The translations under genes and the position numbers were made by a program. Source: Escherichia coli (lineage in GTDB: Bacteria; Pseudomonadota; Gammaproteobacteria; Enterobacterales; Enterobacteriaceae). Taken from it: a stretch of DNA of 51,807 bases. The notes beneath the pieces were generated by a model that saw nothing but the letters and a program-made list of their open reading frames with translations, searched no databases and was not told where the DNA came from. Each line of letters begins with the position of its first letter. The stretch's first letter is position 1. This document shows positions 1-11,752 of this stretch, piece after piece. The stretch lies in assembly GCF_003334765.1 (NCBI RefSeq), contig NZ_QOWT01000029.1; one strand, written 5' to 3'.

Positions 1-190
1 ACCGAGAAAGACACTGAAGTTCAAAACACCGAAAGAGATAATTGAAAGGGGTGTTGCATTGACAGATTGAATCTACAATTACGTACTTTAGTCATGTTAC
101 GCCGATCATGTTAATTTGCAGCATGCATCAGGCAGGTCAGGGACTTTTGTACTTCCTGTTTCGATTTAGTTGGCAATTTAGGTAGCAAAC

Positions 191-907
191 ATGCAGACCC
201 CGCACATTCTTATCGTTGAAGACGAGTTGGTAACACGCAACACGTTGAAAAGTATTTTCGAAGCGGAAGGCTATGATGTTTTCGAAGCGACAGATGGCGC
301 GGAAATGCATCAGATCCTCTCTGAATATGACATCAACCTGGTGATCATGGATATCAATCTGCCGGGTAAGAACGGTCTTCTGTTAGCGCGTGAACTGCGC
401 GAGCAGGCGAATGTTGCGTTGATGTTCCTGACTGGCCGTGACAACGAAGTCGATAAAATTCTCGGCCTCGAAATCGGTGCAGATGACTACATCACCAAAC
501 CGTTCAACCCGCGTGAACTGACGATTCGTGCACGCAACCTGCTGTCCCGTACTATGAATCTGGGTACTGTCAGCGAAGAACGTCGTAGCGTTGAAAGCTA
601 CAAGTTCAATGGTTGGGAACTGGACATCAACAGCCGTTCGTTGATCGGCCCTGATGGCGAGCAGTACAAGCTGCCGCGCAGCGAGTTCCGCGCCATGCTT
701 CACTTCTGTGAAAACCCAGGCAAAATTCAGTCTCGTGCTGAACTGCTGAAGAAAATGACCGGCCGTGAGCTGAAACCGCACGACCGTACTGTAGACGTGA
801 CGATCCGCCGTATTCGTAAACATTTCGAATCTACGCCGGATACGCCGGAAATCATCGCCACCATTCACGGTGAAGGTTATCGCTTCTGCGGTGATCTGGA
901 AGATTAA
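191..907 (+). CDS. arcA: Two-component response regulator ArcA (OmpR/PhoB family)
   Basis: 238-aa ORF; N-terminal CheY-like receiver and C-terminal winged-helix domain; sequence recognised as E. coli ArcA. Confidence 0.97.
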
Positions 908-924
908 TCGGCTTTACCACCGTC

Positions 925-960
925 AAAAAAACGGCGCTTTTTAGCGCCGTTTTTATTTTT
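925..960. terminator. Hairpin terminator between convergent arcA and creD
   Basis: GC stem ACGGCGC/GCGCCGT with A-run on 5' side and T-run on 3' side, so it can work on either strand. Confidence 0.7.
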
Positions 961-965
961 CAACC

Positions 966-2318
966 TTATTTCCAGATACGTAATTCATCGTCCGTTGTAA
1001 CTTCTTTACTGGCTTTCATTTTCGGCAGTGAAAACGCATACCAGTCGATATTACGAGTCACAAACATCATGCCGGCCAGCGCCACCACCAGCACACTGGT
1101 TCCCAACAACAGCGCGCTATCGGCAGAGTTGAGCAGTCCCCACATCACACCATCCAGCAACAACAGCGCGAGGGTAAACAACATGCTGTTGCGCCAGCCT
1201 TTCAATACCGCCTGCAAATAAATACCGTTCATTAACGCCCCAATCAGACTGGCGATTATCCATGCCACGGTAAAACCGGTATGTTCAGAAAGCGCCAGCA
1301 AGAGCAAATAAAACATCACCAATGAAAGCCCCACCAGCAAATATTGCATTGGGTGTAAGCGTTGCGCGGTGAGCGTTTCAAAAACAAAGAACGCCATAAA
1401 AGTCAGCGCAATCAGCAGAATGGCATACTTAGTCGCCCGGTCAGTTAATTGGTATTGATCTGCTGGCGTCGTCACTGCGACGCTAAACGCGGGGAAGTTT
1501 TCCCAGCCGGTATCATTGCCTGAAGCAAAACGCTCACCGAGATTATTAGCAAACCAGCTGCTTTGCCATTGCGCCTGAAAACCTGACTCGCTAACTTCCC
1601 GTTTGGCTGGTAGAAAATCACCTAAAAAACTGGGATGCGGCCAGTTGCTGGTTAAGGTCATTTCGCTATTACGCCCGGCAGGCACCACAGAAAGATCGCC
1701 GGTACCGCTTAAATTCAGTGCCATATTCAGCTGCAGGTTCTGCTTGCGCCAGTCCCCTTCGGGTAAAGGGATATGCACGCCCTGCCCGCCTTGCTCTAAC
1801 CCGGTACCGGGTTCAATGGTCAGCGCTGTTCCGTTAACTTCAGGCGCTTTCACCACACCAATACCACGCGCATCCCCGACGCTAATCACAATAAAGGGCT
1901 TGCCTAAGATGATATTTGGCGCGTTGAGCTCGCTAAGACGCGAAACATCGAAATCGGCTTTTAGCGTTAAATCACTGTGCCAGACCTGACCGGTATAAAT
2001 CCCTATCTTGCGTTCTTCCACGTTCTGATTGCCATCAACCATCAATGACTCAGGTAACCAAAAATGGATAAAACTTCGTTTCCGCTCCACGGTTTTATCC
2101 TCTTCCTGCACCGTATAAAGCTCGATCACAGGAATAGCGATAAGCGGCCCAACGAGTTTTTGCGGCCCGCTGGTACTTTGGCGAATCGCATCTTCCACAT
2201 CGCTACGGTAATCGGCACGTTCGACAATCACTTGCCGAATCAGCATTATCGGAATCAACAACAGCAATACTGCACCAAACAAGGTGGTCATTTTCCAGAA
2301 CAGGGGGGATTTCAACAT
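966..2318 (-). CDS. creD: Inner-membrane protein CreD
   Basis: 450-aa ORF, multi-pass hydrophobic C-terminal half; last gene of creABCD order. Confidence 0.93.
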   Translation of the reverse strand: MLKSPLFWKMTTLFGAVLLLLIPIMLIRQVIVERADYRSDVEDAIRQSTSGPQKLVGPLIAIPVIELYTVQEEDKTVERKRSFIHFWLPESLMVDGNQNVEERKIGIYTGQVWHSDLTLKADFDVSRLSELNAPNIILGKPFIVISVGDARGIGVVKAPEVNGTALTIEPGTGLEQGGQGVHIPLPEGDWRKQNLQLNMALNLSGTGDLSVVPAGRNSEMTLTSNWPHPSFLGDFLPAKREVSESGFQAQWQSSWFANNLGERFASGNDTGWENFPAFSVAVTTPADQYQLTDRATKYAILLIALTFMAFFVFETLTAQRLHPMQYLLVGLSLVMFYLLLLALSEHTGFTVAWIIASLIGALMNGIYLQAVLKGWRNSMLFTLALLLLDGVMWGLLNSADSALLLGTSVLVVALAGMMFVTRNIDWYAFSLPKMKASKEVTTDDELRIWK

Positions 2319-2375
2319 AGTCTTCTCCTTTGCAATGGCAGCAGGATACGAAGGCTATGTGGGAAGAATTTGAAG

Positions 2376-3800
2376 CTATGTGAAGTGACGGTGAAGTCGT
2401 AGCGAGGCCAGCACGCCACCTTCCTGCACGTTGCGCAGCGTGACTTCGCCGTTAAACAAACGGGCGACCTCACTGACGAACGCCAACCCCAGACCGCTGC
2501 TTTTTTGCCCATTTGCACGCGGCAAAGAGTAAAAGCGTTCAAAAATGCGTGACAGCGCGTAGTCAGGAATACCACTACCGGTATCCAGCACCTTAAGCGT
2601 GACGTGTTCCTGATCCACTTCGGCGCTTAGCGTTATACGACCGCTCTCGGGGGTAAAATCGATGGCGTTATCCAGTAAATTCCCCAGCGCCTGATCCAGT
2701 AACGCCGGTTCAGCAGCAACATTAACCTCGGTGGGCGTAACATGTAGAGTGATGTTTTTTTCTGCCAACTGCACGGTGCGCGCTTCGCTGACGCGGCGGA
2801 ATAATGCCGCCACATCAACAGCAGTCAAAACGACTTCCTGACGATTCTCCAGTCTTGCCTGGCGTAGTAACGTTTCCACCAGTGCCTGCATTCGCGCATT
2901 TTGCGTCAGAATGTTGTCGGTAAAACGAGCCACCACTTCCGGCGGCGGACCTTCGCGTAAAATTTCCGCCGCGCCACGAATCGCCGCCAGTGGGCTTTTT
3001 AGCTCATGGGTTAACGCATAAACATACTGCTCAATATAGTTTTTCCCTTCCAGCTTCACGCGCATACTTTCCAGCGCCTGCGCGAGTTTACGCAGTTCGC
3101 TACTACCGAGATCGGGAAGAGGAACGGGCTTATTGTCAGTGACGGAATCAGCATAGCGAGTGAGCCGGGCAATGGAGCGGTTGATCCACCAAACCATGCC
3201 TGCGCCAATCACCAGTGCGATCCCCAACAAAATGGCGCTGGCCCATAAAATTCGCCGCTCGCTGCGTTTAATGACCGGAGCCATCGCCGCGTTCGGTTTG
3301 CCTACGCTCAAAACGCCAATAAGCCGCGAGCCGTCCATAATCGGCGCGGCAACATACATCACCGAACTTTCGGGATCGGCAGGATTTTGCAACGTGCTAC
3401 GCGCACCATACTGACCACGCAACGTTAGCCAGACGTCATTCCAGCGCGAATAATCCTGTCCAACGGCTTTATTTGCCGAATCGAACAATACTTTGCCCTG
3501 CGCATCGGTCATATAGACATGATATTCATTGCGCACTTTGTTAATGCCACCAATATTGGCGCGAAACGGGCGATGTTGTAGCTGATTAAACGCCTGCGCC
3601 AGTTGCCCATGCGTTGGGTCCCCAGAGAGCAAATCGGGACGCGCCAGCTCCGCCAGTAACGTTGCCGTGTCGATCAACGTCCCCTCCGTTGCTCTTCGCA
3701 CGCCCGGTTTAACTTCTTTGACAAAAATAGCCAGTACGAACCAGGCCGCCACCGCCACCAGTAAAAAATAGCCCAGCAGCAACCGCATGCCGATACGCAT
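2376..3800 (-). CDS. creC: Sensor histidine kinase CreC
   Basis: 474-aa ORF with N-terminal TM segment, H-box (LTHELKSPLAAIRG) and ATPase G-boxes; start overlaps creB stop. Confidence 0.95.
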   Translation of the reverse strand: MRIGMRLLLGYFLLVAVAAWFVLAIFVKEVKPGVRRATEGTLIDTATLLAELARPDLLSGDPTHGQLAQAFNQLQHRPFRANIGGINKVRNEYHVYMTDAQGKVLFDSANKAVGQDYSRWNDVWLTLRGQYGARSTLQNPADPESSVMYVAAPIMDGSRLIGVLSVGKPNAAMAPVIKRSERRILWASAILLGIALVIGAGMVWWINRSIARLTRYADSVTDNKPVPLPDLGSSELRKLAQALESMRVKLEGKNYIEQYVYALTHELKSPLAAIRGAAEILREGPPPEVVARFTDNILTQNARMQALVETLLRQARLENRQEVVLTAVDVAALFRRVSEARTVQLAEKNITLHVTPTEVNVAAEPALLDQALGNLLDNAIDFTPESGRITLSAEVDQEHVTLKVLDTGSGIPDYALSRIFERFYSLPRANGQKSSGLGLAFVSEVARLFNGEVTLRNVQEGGVLASLRLHRHFT

Positions 3801-4489
3801 TACAAGCCCCTCAGGCTATATCCCATGCCGCGATGAGTATTAATCGGTGAAAGATCGGGGTTGATGGCGCGCAGCTTGGCACGCAGCGTTTTAATGTGGG
3901 TATCGACGGTGCGATCGTAGGTGTCCTGCGCATCTTCCCACACGCTATCCATTAGTTGCTGGCGGGACCAGACGCGGCCTGGCGACTTGAGTAACGTCTT
4001 CAGCAATAAAAACTCATACCGCGTCAGCGTTAATGGCGTGTCAAACCAGCTGATCTGCGCCGCTGGTTCATTCAATTCAAAATGACCAATACGGATGACG
4101 GGAGACGGCGTCGAGAACTTCTTCACCCGACGCAGTAAGGTGCGCACCCTGGCGCACACTTCGCGGGGTGAAAACGGTTTAGCCACATAGTCGTCAGCGC
4201 CAATTTCCAGCCCAAGCAGGCGATCGACCTCTTCACTTCGGGCCGTCAGGAACAGTACAGGTAACGCCGGATGGAGCGCCAGTAACTGGCGGCACAATTC
4301 AAAGCCACTGATATCAGGCAAACCAACGTCGAGAATCATGACGTCGGGAACCTGCTGGCGAGCTTTATCCAGCACCGGCAAACCTCGCTCAAAGACCTCG
4401 ACGGCAAAACCTTCCTGCTGCAACATGTAGACCAGCGTGTCGGCTATCCCTTGCTCATCTTCCACTAACCAGACCGTTTCCCGTTGCAT
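3800..4489 (-). CDS. creB: Response regulator CreB (OmpR family)
   Basis: 229-aa ORF with receiver and winged-helix domains, directly upstream of creC. Confidence 0.95.
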   Translation of the reverse strand: MQRETVWLVEDEQGIADTLVYMLQQEGFAVEVFERGLPVLDKARQQVPDVMILDVGLPDISGFELCRQLLALHPALPVLFLTARSEEVDRLLGLEIGADDYVAKPFSPREVCARVRTLLRRVKKFSTPSPVIRIGHFELNEPAAQISWFDTPLTLTRYEFLLLKTLLKSPGRVWSRQQLMDSVWEDAQDTYDRTVDTHIKTLRAKLRAINPDLSPINTHRGMGYSLRGL

Positions 4490-4501
4490 AAATCGCCTCT
4501 G

Positions 4502-4975
4502 TTATTGCCGCCACGGCATGACAGGAACCGCGCTAATCGCGTTTTTCGGCGAACCTTCTACAACTTTGTCGGAGTAAGCCAGATAAGCGAGCGCGTTGCG
4601 TTTGGCGTCATAAAAGCGCACGACCTGTAACGACTTAAAGACCAGGGACGTGCGTTTTTTGAATACTACCTCGCCCTGAGCTTTGCCGTTTTTAATACGA
4701 TCCGACAGTTCAATCGGCCCGACTTGCTGACAAGAAATGGCCGCATCGGAGGTATCTTCTGCCAGGCCCAATCCCCCTTTAATACCACCGGTTTTCGCCC
4801 GGCTCACATAACAGGTGACATTTTTCACATCGGGATCGTCAAAGGCTTCCACAACAATTTTGTGATCCGGGCCGATCATTTTAAATACGGTGTCGACCGA
4901 ACCAATCTCTTCTGCATGAGCCAATGGCCCCAGCATTATCAGGCTTAAAGACAGGATCAAATGCTTGTATTTCAT
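4502..4975 (-). CDS. creA: Periplasmic protein CreA
   Basis: 157-aa ORF with signal peptide ([21 protein letters not shown]); first gene of the cre cluster. Confidence 0.9.
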
Positions 4976-5185
4976 ATTGTTACCATTTTTATCTATTACA
5001 CGAGCAATTAGTTCGTCACGGTAAATAACATATTGATTAAGAACAAAATCTCAATTCTTTTATTTCCGTCAAGCCCTAAAACATACTCTACTAAGAAAAA
5101 AACACTGAATGCTAAAACAGCAAAAAATGCTATTATCCAATTACCTGATGTCAGGTGCTCGTTGTTGAAAGGATGAGGATATTTT

Positions 5186-6055
5186 ATGGATCAGGCCGGC
5201 ATTATTCGCGACCTTTTAATCTGGCTGGAAGGTCATCTGGATCAGCCCCTGTCGCTCGACAATGTAGCGGCGAAAGCAGGTTATTCCAAGTGGCACTTAC
5301 AGAGAATGTTTAAAGATGTCACTGGCCATGCTATTGGCGCGTATATTCGTGCTCGTCGTTTGTCGAAATCGGCGGTCGCACTACGCCTGACTGCGCGTCC
5401 GATTCTGGACATCGCGCTGCAATACCGCTTCGACTCTCAACAGACATTTACCCGCGCATTCAAGAAGCAGTTTGCCCAGACTCCTGCACTTTACCGCCGT
5501 TCTCCTGAATGGAGCGCCTTTGGTATTCGCCCGCCGCTACGTCTGGGTGAATTCACAATGCCAGAGCACAAATTTGTCACCCTGGAAGATACGCCGCTGA
5601 TTGGTGTTACCCAGAGCTACTCCTGTTCGCTGGAGCAAATCTCTGATTTCCGCCATGAAATGCGTTATCAGTTCTGGCACGATTTTCTCGGCAACGCGCC
5701 GACCATTCCGCCGGTGCTCTACGGCCTGAATGAAACGCGTCCGAGTCAGGATAAAGACGACGAACAAGAGGTATTCTATACCACCGCGTTAGCCCAGGAT
5801 CAGGCAGATGGCTATGTACTGACAGGGCATCCGGTGATGCTGCAGGGCGGCGAATATGTGATGTTTACCTATGAAGGTCTGGGAACCGGCGTGCAGGAGT
5901 TTATCCTGACGGTATACGGAACGTGCATGCCAATGCTCAATCTGACGCGCCGTAAAGGTCAGGATATTGAGCGATACTACCCGGCAGAAGACGCCAAAGC
6001 GGGAGATCGCCCAATTAATCTGCGCTGTGAACTGCTGATTCCTATCCGCCGTTAA
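5186..6055 (+). CDS. rob: AraC/XylS-family transcriptional regulator Rob
   Basis: 289-aa ORF with N-terminal dual HTH AraC domain and GyrI-like C-terminal domain. Confidence 0.95.
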   Translation: MDQAGIIRDLLIWLEGHLDQPLSLDNVAAKAGYSKWHLQRMFKDVTGHAIGAYIRARRLSKSAVALRLTARPILDIALQYRFDSQQTFTRAFKKQFAQTPALYRRSPEWSAFGIRPPLRLGEFTMPEHKFVTLEDTPLIGVTQSYSCSLEQISDFRHEMRYQFWHDFLGNAPTIPPVLYGLNETRPSQDKDDEQEVFYTTALAQDQADGYVLTGHPVMLQGGEYVMFTYEGLGTGVQEFILTVYGTCMPMLNLTRRKGQDIERYYPAEDAKAGDRPINLRCELLIPIRR

Positions 6056-6699
6056 CGCTGCAGCTCATCTAATGCAGGGGCGTCCAGATGCGAGATGTCC
6101 CCTGCGGTTTCAACGACCCAGCCAGACGCCAGCCACAGGCTTTCCTGATAATCCACGCGCGAAATAGAACAGTTACGTAGACGTAAGCGGCGCTCTGCCC
6201 ATGCTGGTAATCCGAGAATCGTACTCACCAGACATCCCAGTGCAATACCATGGCTCACCAGCAGCGGTCGGCTTCCCTGCGGTAAGTCCCGGCAAGATTC
6301 CAGTGCCGCATTGACGCGATCGCTGAGCTCCTGCATTGACTCGCCTTCAGGAATACGCCCGTCAACGGTGCCATTGACCAGCTGCCGACGCCAGTTCTCT
6401 TCTTCTTCGGTCAGAGAATCGATATGTCTTTTTTCCAGCACACCCATGTTTAATTCACGCAGGCGAGAATCAAAGATGATGTCACAGCCGCAGGCCTGGG
6501 CGATGATTTCCGCCGTACGCCGGGTGCGTCCTAAATCGCTACTGATAATATGCGTAATGCCAAGCTCTTTGGCACGGGTTGCCACCTGCATCGCCTGTTG
6601 CTCACCTTTGGCGGTCAGCGGGCTGTCAGACTGGCCCTGAATACGTCGCTCGGCGTTCCACTGCGTTTCACTGTGGCGGACTAGGTATACCTGTAACAT
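6052..6699 (-). CDS. gpmB: Histidine-phosphatase-family phosphoglycerate mutase-like protein GpmB
   Basis: 215-aa ORF with RHSET/RHG histidine phosphatase motif (LVRHSETQWN); stop overlaps rob stop. Confidence 0.93.
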   Translation of the reverse strand: MLQVYLVRHSETQWNAERRIQGQSDSPLTAKGEQQAMQVATRAKELGITHIISSDLGRTRRTAEIIAQACGCDIIFDSRLRELNMGVLEKRHIDSLTEEEENWRRQLVNGTVDGRIPEGESMQELSDRVNAALESCRDLPQGSRPLLVSHGIALGCLVSTILGLPAWAERRLRLRNCSISRVDYQESLWLASGWVVETAGDISHLDAPALDELQR

Positions 6700-6738
6700 G
6701 CTTTTTTTCCGTATACTGCTGTAACGTTAATTTTCTGA

Positions 6739-7272
<534 letters not shown>

Positions 7273-7356
7273 GACGGATAAGGCGTTCACGCCGCATCCG
7301 GCATTCGGTGCACGATGCCTGATGCGACGCTGCCGCGTCTTATCAGGCCTACAAAA
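7273..7356. repeat. REP element pair (BIME) filling the yjjX-trpR gap
   Basis: GCCGCATCCGGCA ... GCCTGATGCGACGC ... CTTATCAGGCCTACA palindromic units. Confidence 0.75.
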
Positions 7357-7698
<342 letters not shown>

Positions 7699-7730
7699 TT
7701 AGCGGGGGAAGCAAAATGCCTCCCCCGGTT

Positions 7731-7748
7731 GTACTCGCTAAAGAGTAC
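7731..7748 (-). promoter_or_regulatory. TrpR operator in the trpR promoter (autoregulation)
   Basis: Palindrome GTACTCGCTAAAGAGTAC, half-sites GTACT/AGTAC as in trp operators, about 50 bp upstream of trpR ATG. Confidence 0.7.
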
Positions 7749-7772
7749 GATAGCATATCATAAACGTGCGGA

Positions 7773-9710
7773 TCAGTAACGACGTCCCCATTCCGTGGCG
7801 CTCATCAACGTCGGTTTATCCCCCATGAAATAGCGGTAGTAAGCGTCATAAGCCAGCACGTTCTTCACATAACCGCGCGTCTCGGAGAACGGAATACTCT
7901 CGACAAATGCCACAGCGTCGATACGCCCGGCGCTGTTGCCAAGCCAGGTTCGCACCCGTCCAGGTCCGGCGTTATAAGCTGCTGAGGAGAAAATACGGTT
8001 ATTGCCAAACTGCTGATAAACATATTGCAGGTAACTGGTGCCAATGTTGATGTTCGTTTCCGGATCCAGCAATTGCCCAGGGCTGCTATAACTAGGAATA
8101 GAGAACATCTTCACCGTATGGGTCGCTGTACCAGGCATAATCTGCATCAGGCCGCTGGCCCCTACCGGTGATTTCACTTTCGGATTCCAGGCGCTCTCCT
8201 GACGGGCAATCGCCATCGCATAGCTTTGCGGGATCTCTTTCCCACTGGTGTAACGTTTGAAAAGATCGTTGTAAGCCAGCGGGAATCGCTCTTCCAGATG
8301 ATCCCAAAGCTTCCCGGCGATCGTTGCCTGAACGCTAAGATCCCACCATTGGTTATTGAAAGCATACCGAGCCAGTTGAGCCTGCTCTGTTTTTGACTTG
8401 CTCTTCACCAGATTGGCCCACTCGCTACGCGCGGTGTTATCGAGATTCCAGTACATCAACTCGCGCACGCGCGCCATCTCCGGCCCCTGAGTCAGGGCGC
8501 TGTCAACATTCTGCGGCGCTTTATCAATCTTCAGCTCATACTCTTCTCCGATGCGTTGTGCTGCAACCATCGGGTAGAAACCACGCTGTTGCATGAGTTG
8601 ATGCAAAATCTCTTTTGCTTCAGCTTCACGTCCGCGTTCCAGCAATAAATCCGCCTGCCAGTAACGCCATTCATCTTTCTCTTTTGCTTCCATCGGCAGA
8701 CGCGCCAGCCAGGTATTCAGGCCGCGACGATCGCCGGTGCCAAGTGCCATTCGCACACGGCGTTCAATCAACGACGTGGATTGCGAGCGCATAATGGCGT
8801 CATCGCGCCATTTCGCCTGCTCGTCGGTGACATCGTTGCCCATCAAACGCCAGGCGACGATATCGCGCAGCTCCTGAATCTGATCTTCATTAAGCTGCTG
8901 CGCCTGGGCAAGCGACGGGATCATCAGCCGTGCATTTTCAGCATCCTGCCGCGCCACACTGGCAAACGCCACCGCTGCCATTTGACGGGTAAAATCGGTC
9001 GCTCCGGTTGTACGCGCGAAGGTCAGTACCGTATTAGGGTTGTTCGCCAGTGAAATGATTGCCGAGGCGATAGTCTGGTAATCGGCAGGCATCTGCCCTG
9101 CCAGCACTGTTACCAGGCCAGTGTTACCCGCTTTCATCGCCAGACGGATACGCTCTAAATACGCCAGCGGATCTTGTTTACCTGACGCACGCCAGACGCT
9201 AAATAACTTGTCACAGGCGTTAGGCTGGCTCTTGCCGGTTAGCCACAGCTCTTTCGCCCCTTGCCAGGCTTCTTCACTCTGCCCGGTGTTCCATTTCGCA
9301 TAGTAGTAATTACATTGCGCTTCGGTAGTTCCGGGCTTTTCCGGGCTAAAGGCTAACAAGCCACGCCAGTCTTCACGCCGCGCCAGTTCATTGACGAAAC
9401 GAGATTGCAGCGTGCGAGCGGGAGGAAGCGTGGGGTTAGCGCGAACAAAGTTAGTGACCGTCACCGCCGGTTGATTCATCAGATCATCGGTGATCTGGCG
9501 GTATTCCAGGTAGGGATAAAGCGGATAATCCTTCAGTCTAGGCATCATTTGTTCGACCACATCCATCTGTCGATTATCCCAGGCCTGCTTGATTTGCGCG
9601 TAACGGCTACGCTGCTCATCCAGTGAGTCGGCTCGCGCCACGCTGCTGACCGTCAGCAGACAGACACCGGCAGCCAACAGCCGCCAGGTAACTTGTTTGG
9701 CTTTTTCCAC
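7773..9710 (-). CDS. slt: Soluble lytic murein transglycosylase Slt70
   Basis: ORF track 655 aa; start moved to GTG at 9710 to give 645 aa (MEKAKQVTWRLL... signal peptide); C-terminal lysozyme-like domain. Confidence 0.93.
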   Translation of the reverse strand: MEKAKQVTWRLLAAGVCLLTVSSVARADSLDEQRSRYAQIKQAWDNRQMDVVEQMMPRLKDYPLYPYLEYRQITDDLMNQPAVTVTNFVRANPTLPPARTLQSRFVNELARREDWRGLLAFSPEKPGTTEAQCNYYYAKWNTGQSEEAWQGAKELWLTGKSQPNACDKLFSVWRASGKQDPLAYLERIRLAMKAGNTGLVTVLAGQMPADYQTIASAIISLANNPNTVLTFARTTGATDFTRQMAAVAFASVARQDAENARLMIPSLAQAQQLNEDQIQELRDIVAWRLMGNDVTDEQAKWRDDAIMRSQSTSLIERRVRMALGTGDRRGLNTWLARLPMEAKEKDEWRYWQADLLLERGREAEAKEILHQLMQQRGFYPMVAAQRIGEEYELKIDKAPQNVDSALTQGPEMARVRELMYWNLDNTARSEWANLVKSKSKTEQAQLARYAFNNQWWDLSVQATIAGKLWDHLEERFPLAYNDLFKRYTSGKEIPQSYAMAIARQESAWNPKVKSPVGASGLMQIMPGTATHTVKMFSIPSYSSPGQLLDPETNINIGTSYLQYVYQQFGNNRIFSSAAYNAGPGRVRTWLGNSAGRIDAVAFVESIPFSETRGYVKNVLAYDAYYRYFMGDKPTLMSATEWGRRY

Positions 9711-9920
9711 AAGCGCATCCTCTAAGTGTAAATACATCAATGCAGCGTCATGCCGCGTAATAGATTTATGCTAACCAGTCATTGCCGTTTACGCCACGTT
9801 ACGGACACTTTTTTACTTTTACTGCGAAGGTAATCGACCAACTGGGATTAGGCGGGGAAAAAGGCTACACTTCGCCTTTGAAAACTCATCATCACGATAA
9901 ACATAGAGGCGAAGTCCAAC

Positions 9921-11588
9921 GTGGCTCAATTCGTTTATACCATGCATCGTGTCGGCAAAGTTGTTCCGCCGAAACGTCATATTTTGAAAAACATCTCTCT
10001 GAGTTTCTTCCCTGGGGCAAAAATTGGTGTCCTGGGTCTGAACGGCGCGGGTAAGTCTACCCTGCTGCGCATTATGGCGGGCATTGATAAAGACATCGAA
10101 GGTGAAGCACGTCCGCAGCCAGACATCAAGATTGGTTATCTGCCGCAGGAACCGCAGCTGAACCCGGAACACACCGTGCGTGAGTCCATTGAAGAAGCGG
10201 TTTCTGAAGTGGTTAACGCCCTGAAACGCCTGGATGAAGTGTATGCGCTGTACGCCGATCCGGATGCCGATTTTGACAAGCTGGCCGCTGAACAAGGCCG
10301 TCTGGAAGAGATCATTCAGGCTCACGACGGTCATAACCTGAACGTACAGCTGGAGCGTGCGGCGGATGCGCTGCGTCTGCCAGATTGGGACGCGAAAATC
10401 GCTAACCTCTCCGGTGGTGAGCGTCGTCGCGTGGCGTTGTGCCGCCTGCTGCTGGAAAAACCAGACATGCTGCTGCTCGACGAACCGACCAACCACCTGG
10501 ATGCCGAATCCGTGGCGTGGCTGGAACGCTTCCTGCACGACTTCGAAGGCACCGTGGTGGCGATTACTCACGACCGTTACTTCCTCGATAACGTTGCAGG
10601 CTGGATCCTCGAACTGGACCGCGGTGAAGGTATTCCGTGGGAAGGTAACTACTCCTCCTGGCTGGAGCAGAAAGATCAGCGTCTGGCGCAGGAAGCTTCA
10701 CAAGAAGCGGCGCGTCGTAAGTCGATCGAGAAAGAGCTGGAGTGGGTACGTCAGGGTACTAAAGGCCGTCAGTCGAAAGGTAAAGCACGTCTGGCACGTT
10801 TTGAAGAGCTGAACAGCACCGAATATCAGAAACGTAACGAAACCAACGAACTGTTTATTCCACCTGGACCGCGTCTGGGCGATAAAGTGCTGGAAGTCAG
10901 CAACCTGCGTAAATCCTACGGCGATCGCCTGCTGATTGATGACCTGAGCTTCTCGATCCCGAAAGGGGCGATCGTCGGGATCATCGGTCCGAACGGCGCG
11001 GGTAAATCGACCCTGTTCCGTATGATCTCCGGTCAGGAACAGCCGGACAGCGGCACCATCACTTTGGGTGAAACGGTGAAACTGGCATCGGTTGATCAGT
11101 TCCGTGACTCAATGGATAACAGCAAAACCGTTTGGGAAGAAGTTTCCGGCGGGCTGGATATTATGAAGATCGGCAACACCGAGATGCCAAGCCGCGCCTA
11201 CGTTGGCCGCTTTAACTTTAAAGGGGTTGATCAGGGTAAACGTGTTGGCGAACTTTCCGGTGGTGAGCGCGGTCGTCTGCATCTGGCGAAGCTGCTGCAG
11301 GTTGGCGGCAACATGCTGCTGCTCGACGAACCAACCAACGACCTGGATATCGAAACCCTGCGCGCGCTGGAAAACGCCCTGCTGGAGTTCCCGGGCTGTG
11401 CGATGGTTATCTCGCACGACCGTTGGTTCCTCGACCGTATCGCCACGCACATCCTGGACTACCAGGATGAAGGTAAAGTTGAGTTCTTCGAAGGTAACTT
11501 TACTGAGTACGAAGAGTACAAGAAACGCACGCTGGGCGCAGACGCACTGGAGCCGAAGCGTATCAAGTACAAGCGTATTGCGAAGTAA
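9921..11588 (+). CDS. ettA: Energy-dependent translational throttle ABC-F ATPase EttA
   Basis: 555-aa ORF with two ABC cassettes (two Walker A GxxGxGKST, two LSGGE signatures). Confidence 0.96.
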   Translation: MAQFVYTMHRVGKVVPPKRHILKNISLSFFPGAKIGVLGLNGAGKSTLLRIMAGIDKDIEGEARPQPDIKIGYLPQEPQLNPEHTVRESIEEAVSEVVNALKRLDEVYALYADPDADFDKLAAEQGRLEEIIQAHDGHNLNVQLERAADALRLPDWDAKIANLSGGERRRVALCRLLLEKPDMLLLDEPTNHLDAESVAWLERFLHDFEGTVVAITHDRYFLDNVAGWILELDRGEGIPWEGNYSSWLEQKDQRLAQEASQEAARRKSIEKELEWVRQGTKGRQSKGKARLARFEELNSTEYQKRNETNELFIPPGPRLGDKVLEVSNLRKSYGDRLLIDDLSFSIPKGAIVGIIGPNGAGKSTLFRMISGQEQPDSGTITLGETVKLASVDQFRDSMDNSKTVWEEVSGGLDIMKIGNTEMPSRAYVGRFNFKGVDQGKRVGELSGGERGRLHLAKLLQVGGNMLLLDEPTNDLDIETLRALENALLEFPGCAMVISHDRWFLDRIATHILDYQDEGKVEFFEGNFTEYEEYKKRTLGADALEPKRIKYKRIAK

Positions 11589-11595
11589 TGCGTAA

Positions 11596-11752
11596 AATGC
11601 CGGATGCGGCGTGAACGCCTTATCCGGCCTACAAACCAAGAAATTTCAATACGTTGTGAATCTCCAGGCCTGATAAGACGCGGTAAGCGTCGCATCAGGC
11701 ATTGAGCACCGAATGCCGGATGCGGCGTGAACACCTTTTCCGGTCTACAACA
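11596..11752. repeat. BIME cluster of several REP units
   Basis: Repeated GCCGGATGCGGCGTGAACGCCTTATCCGGCCTACA and GCCTGATAAGACGCG...CGCATCAGGC units. Confidence 0.8.
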
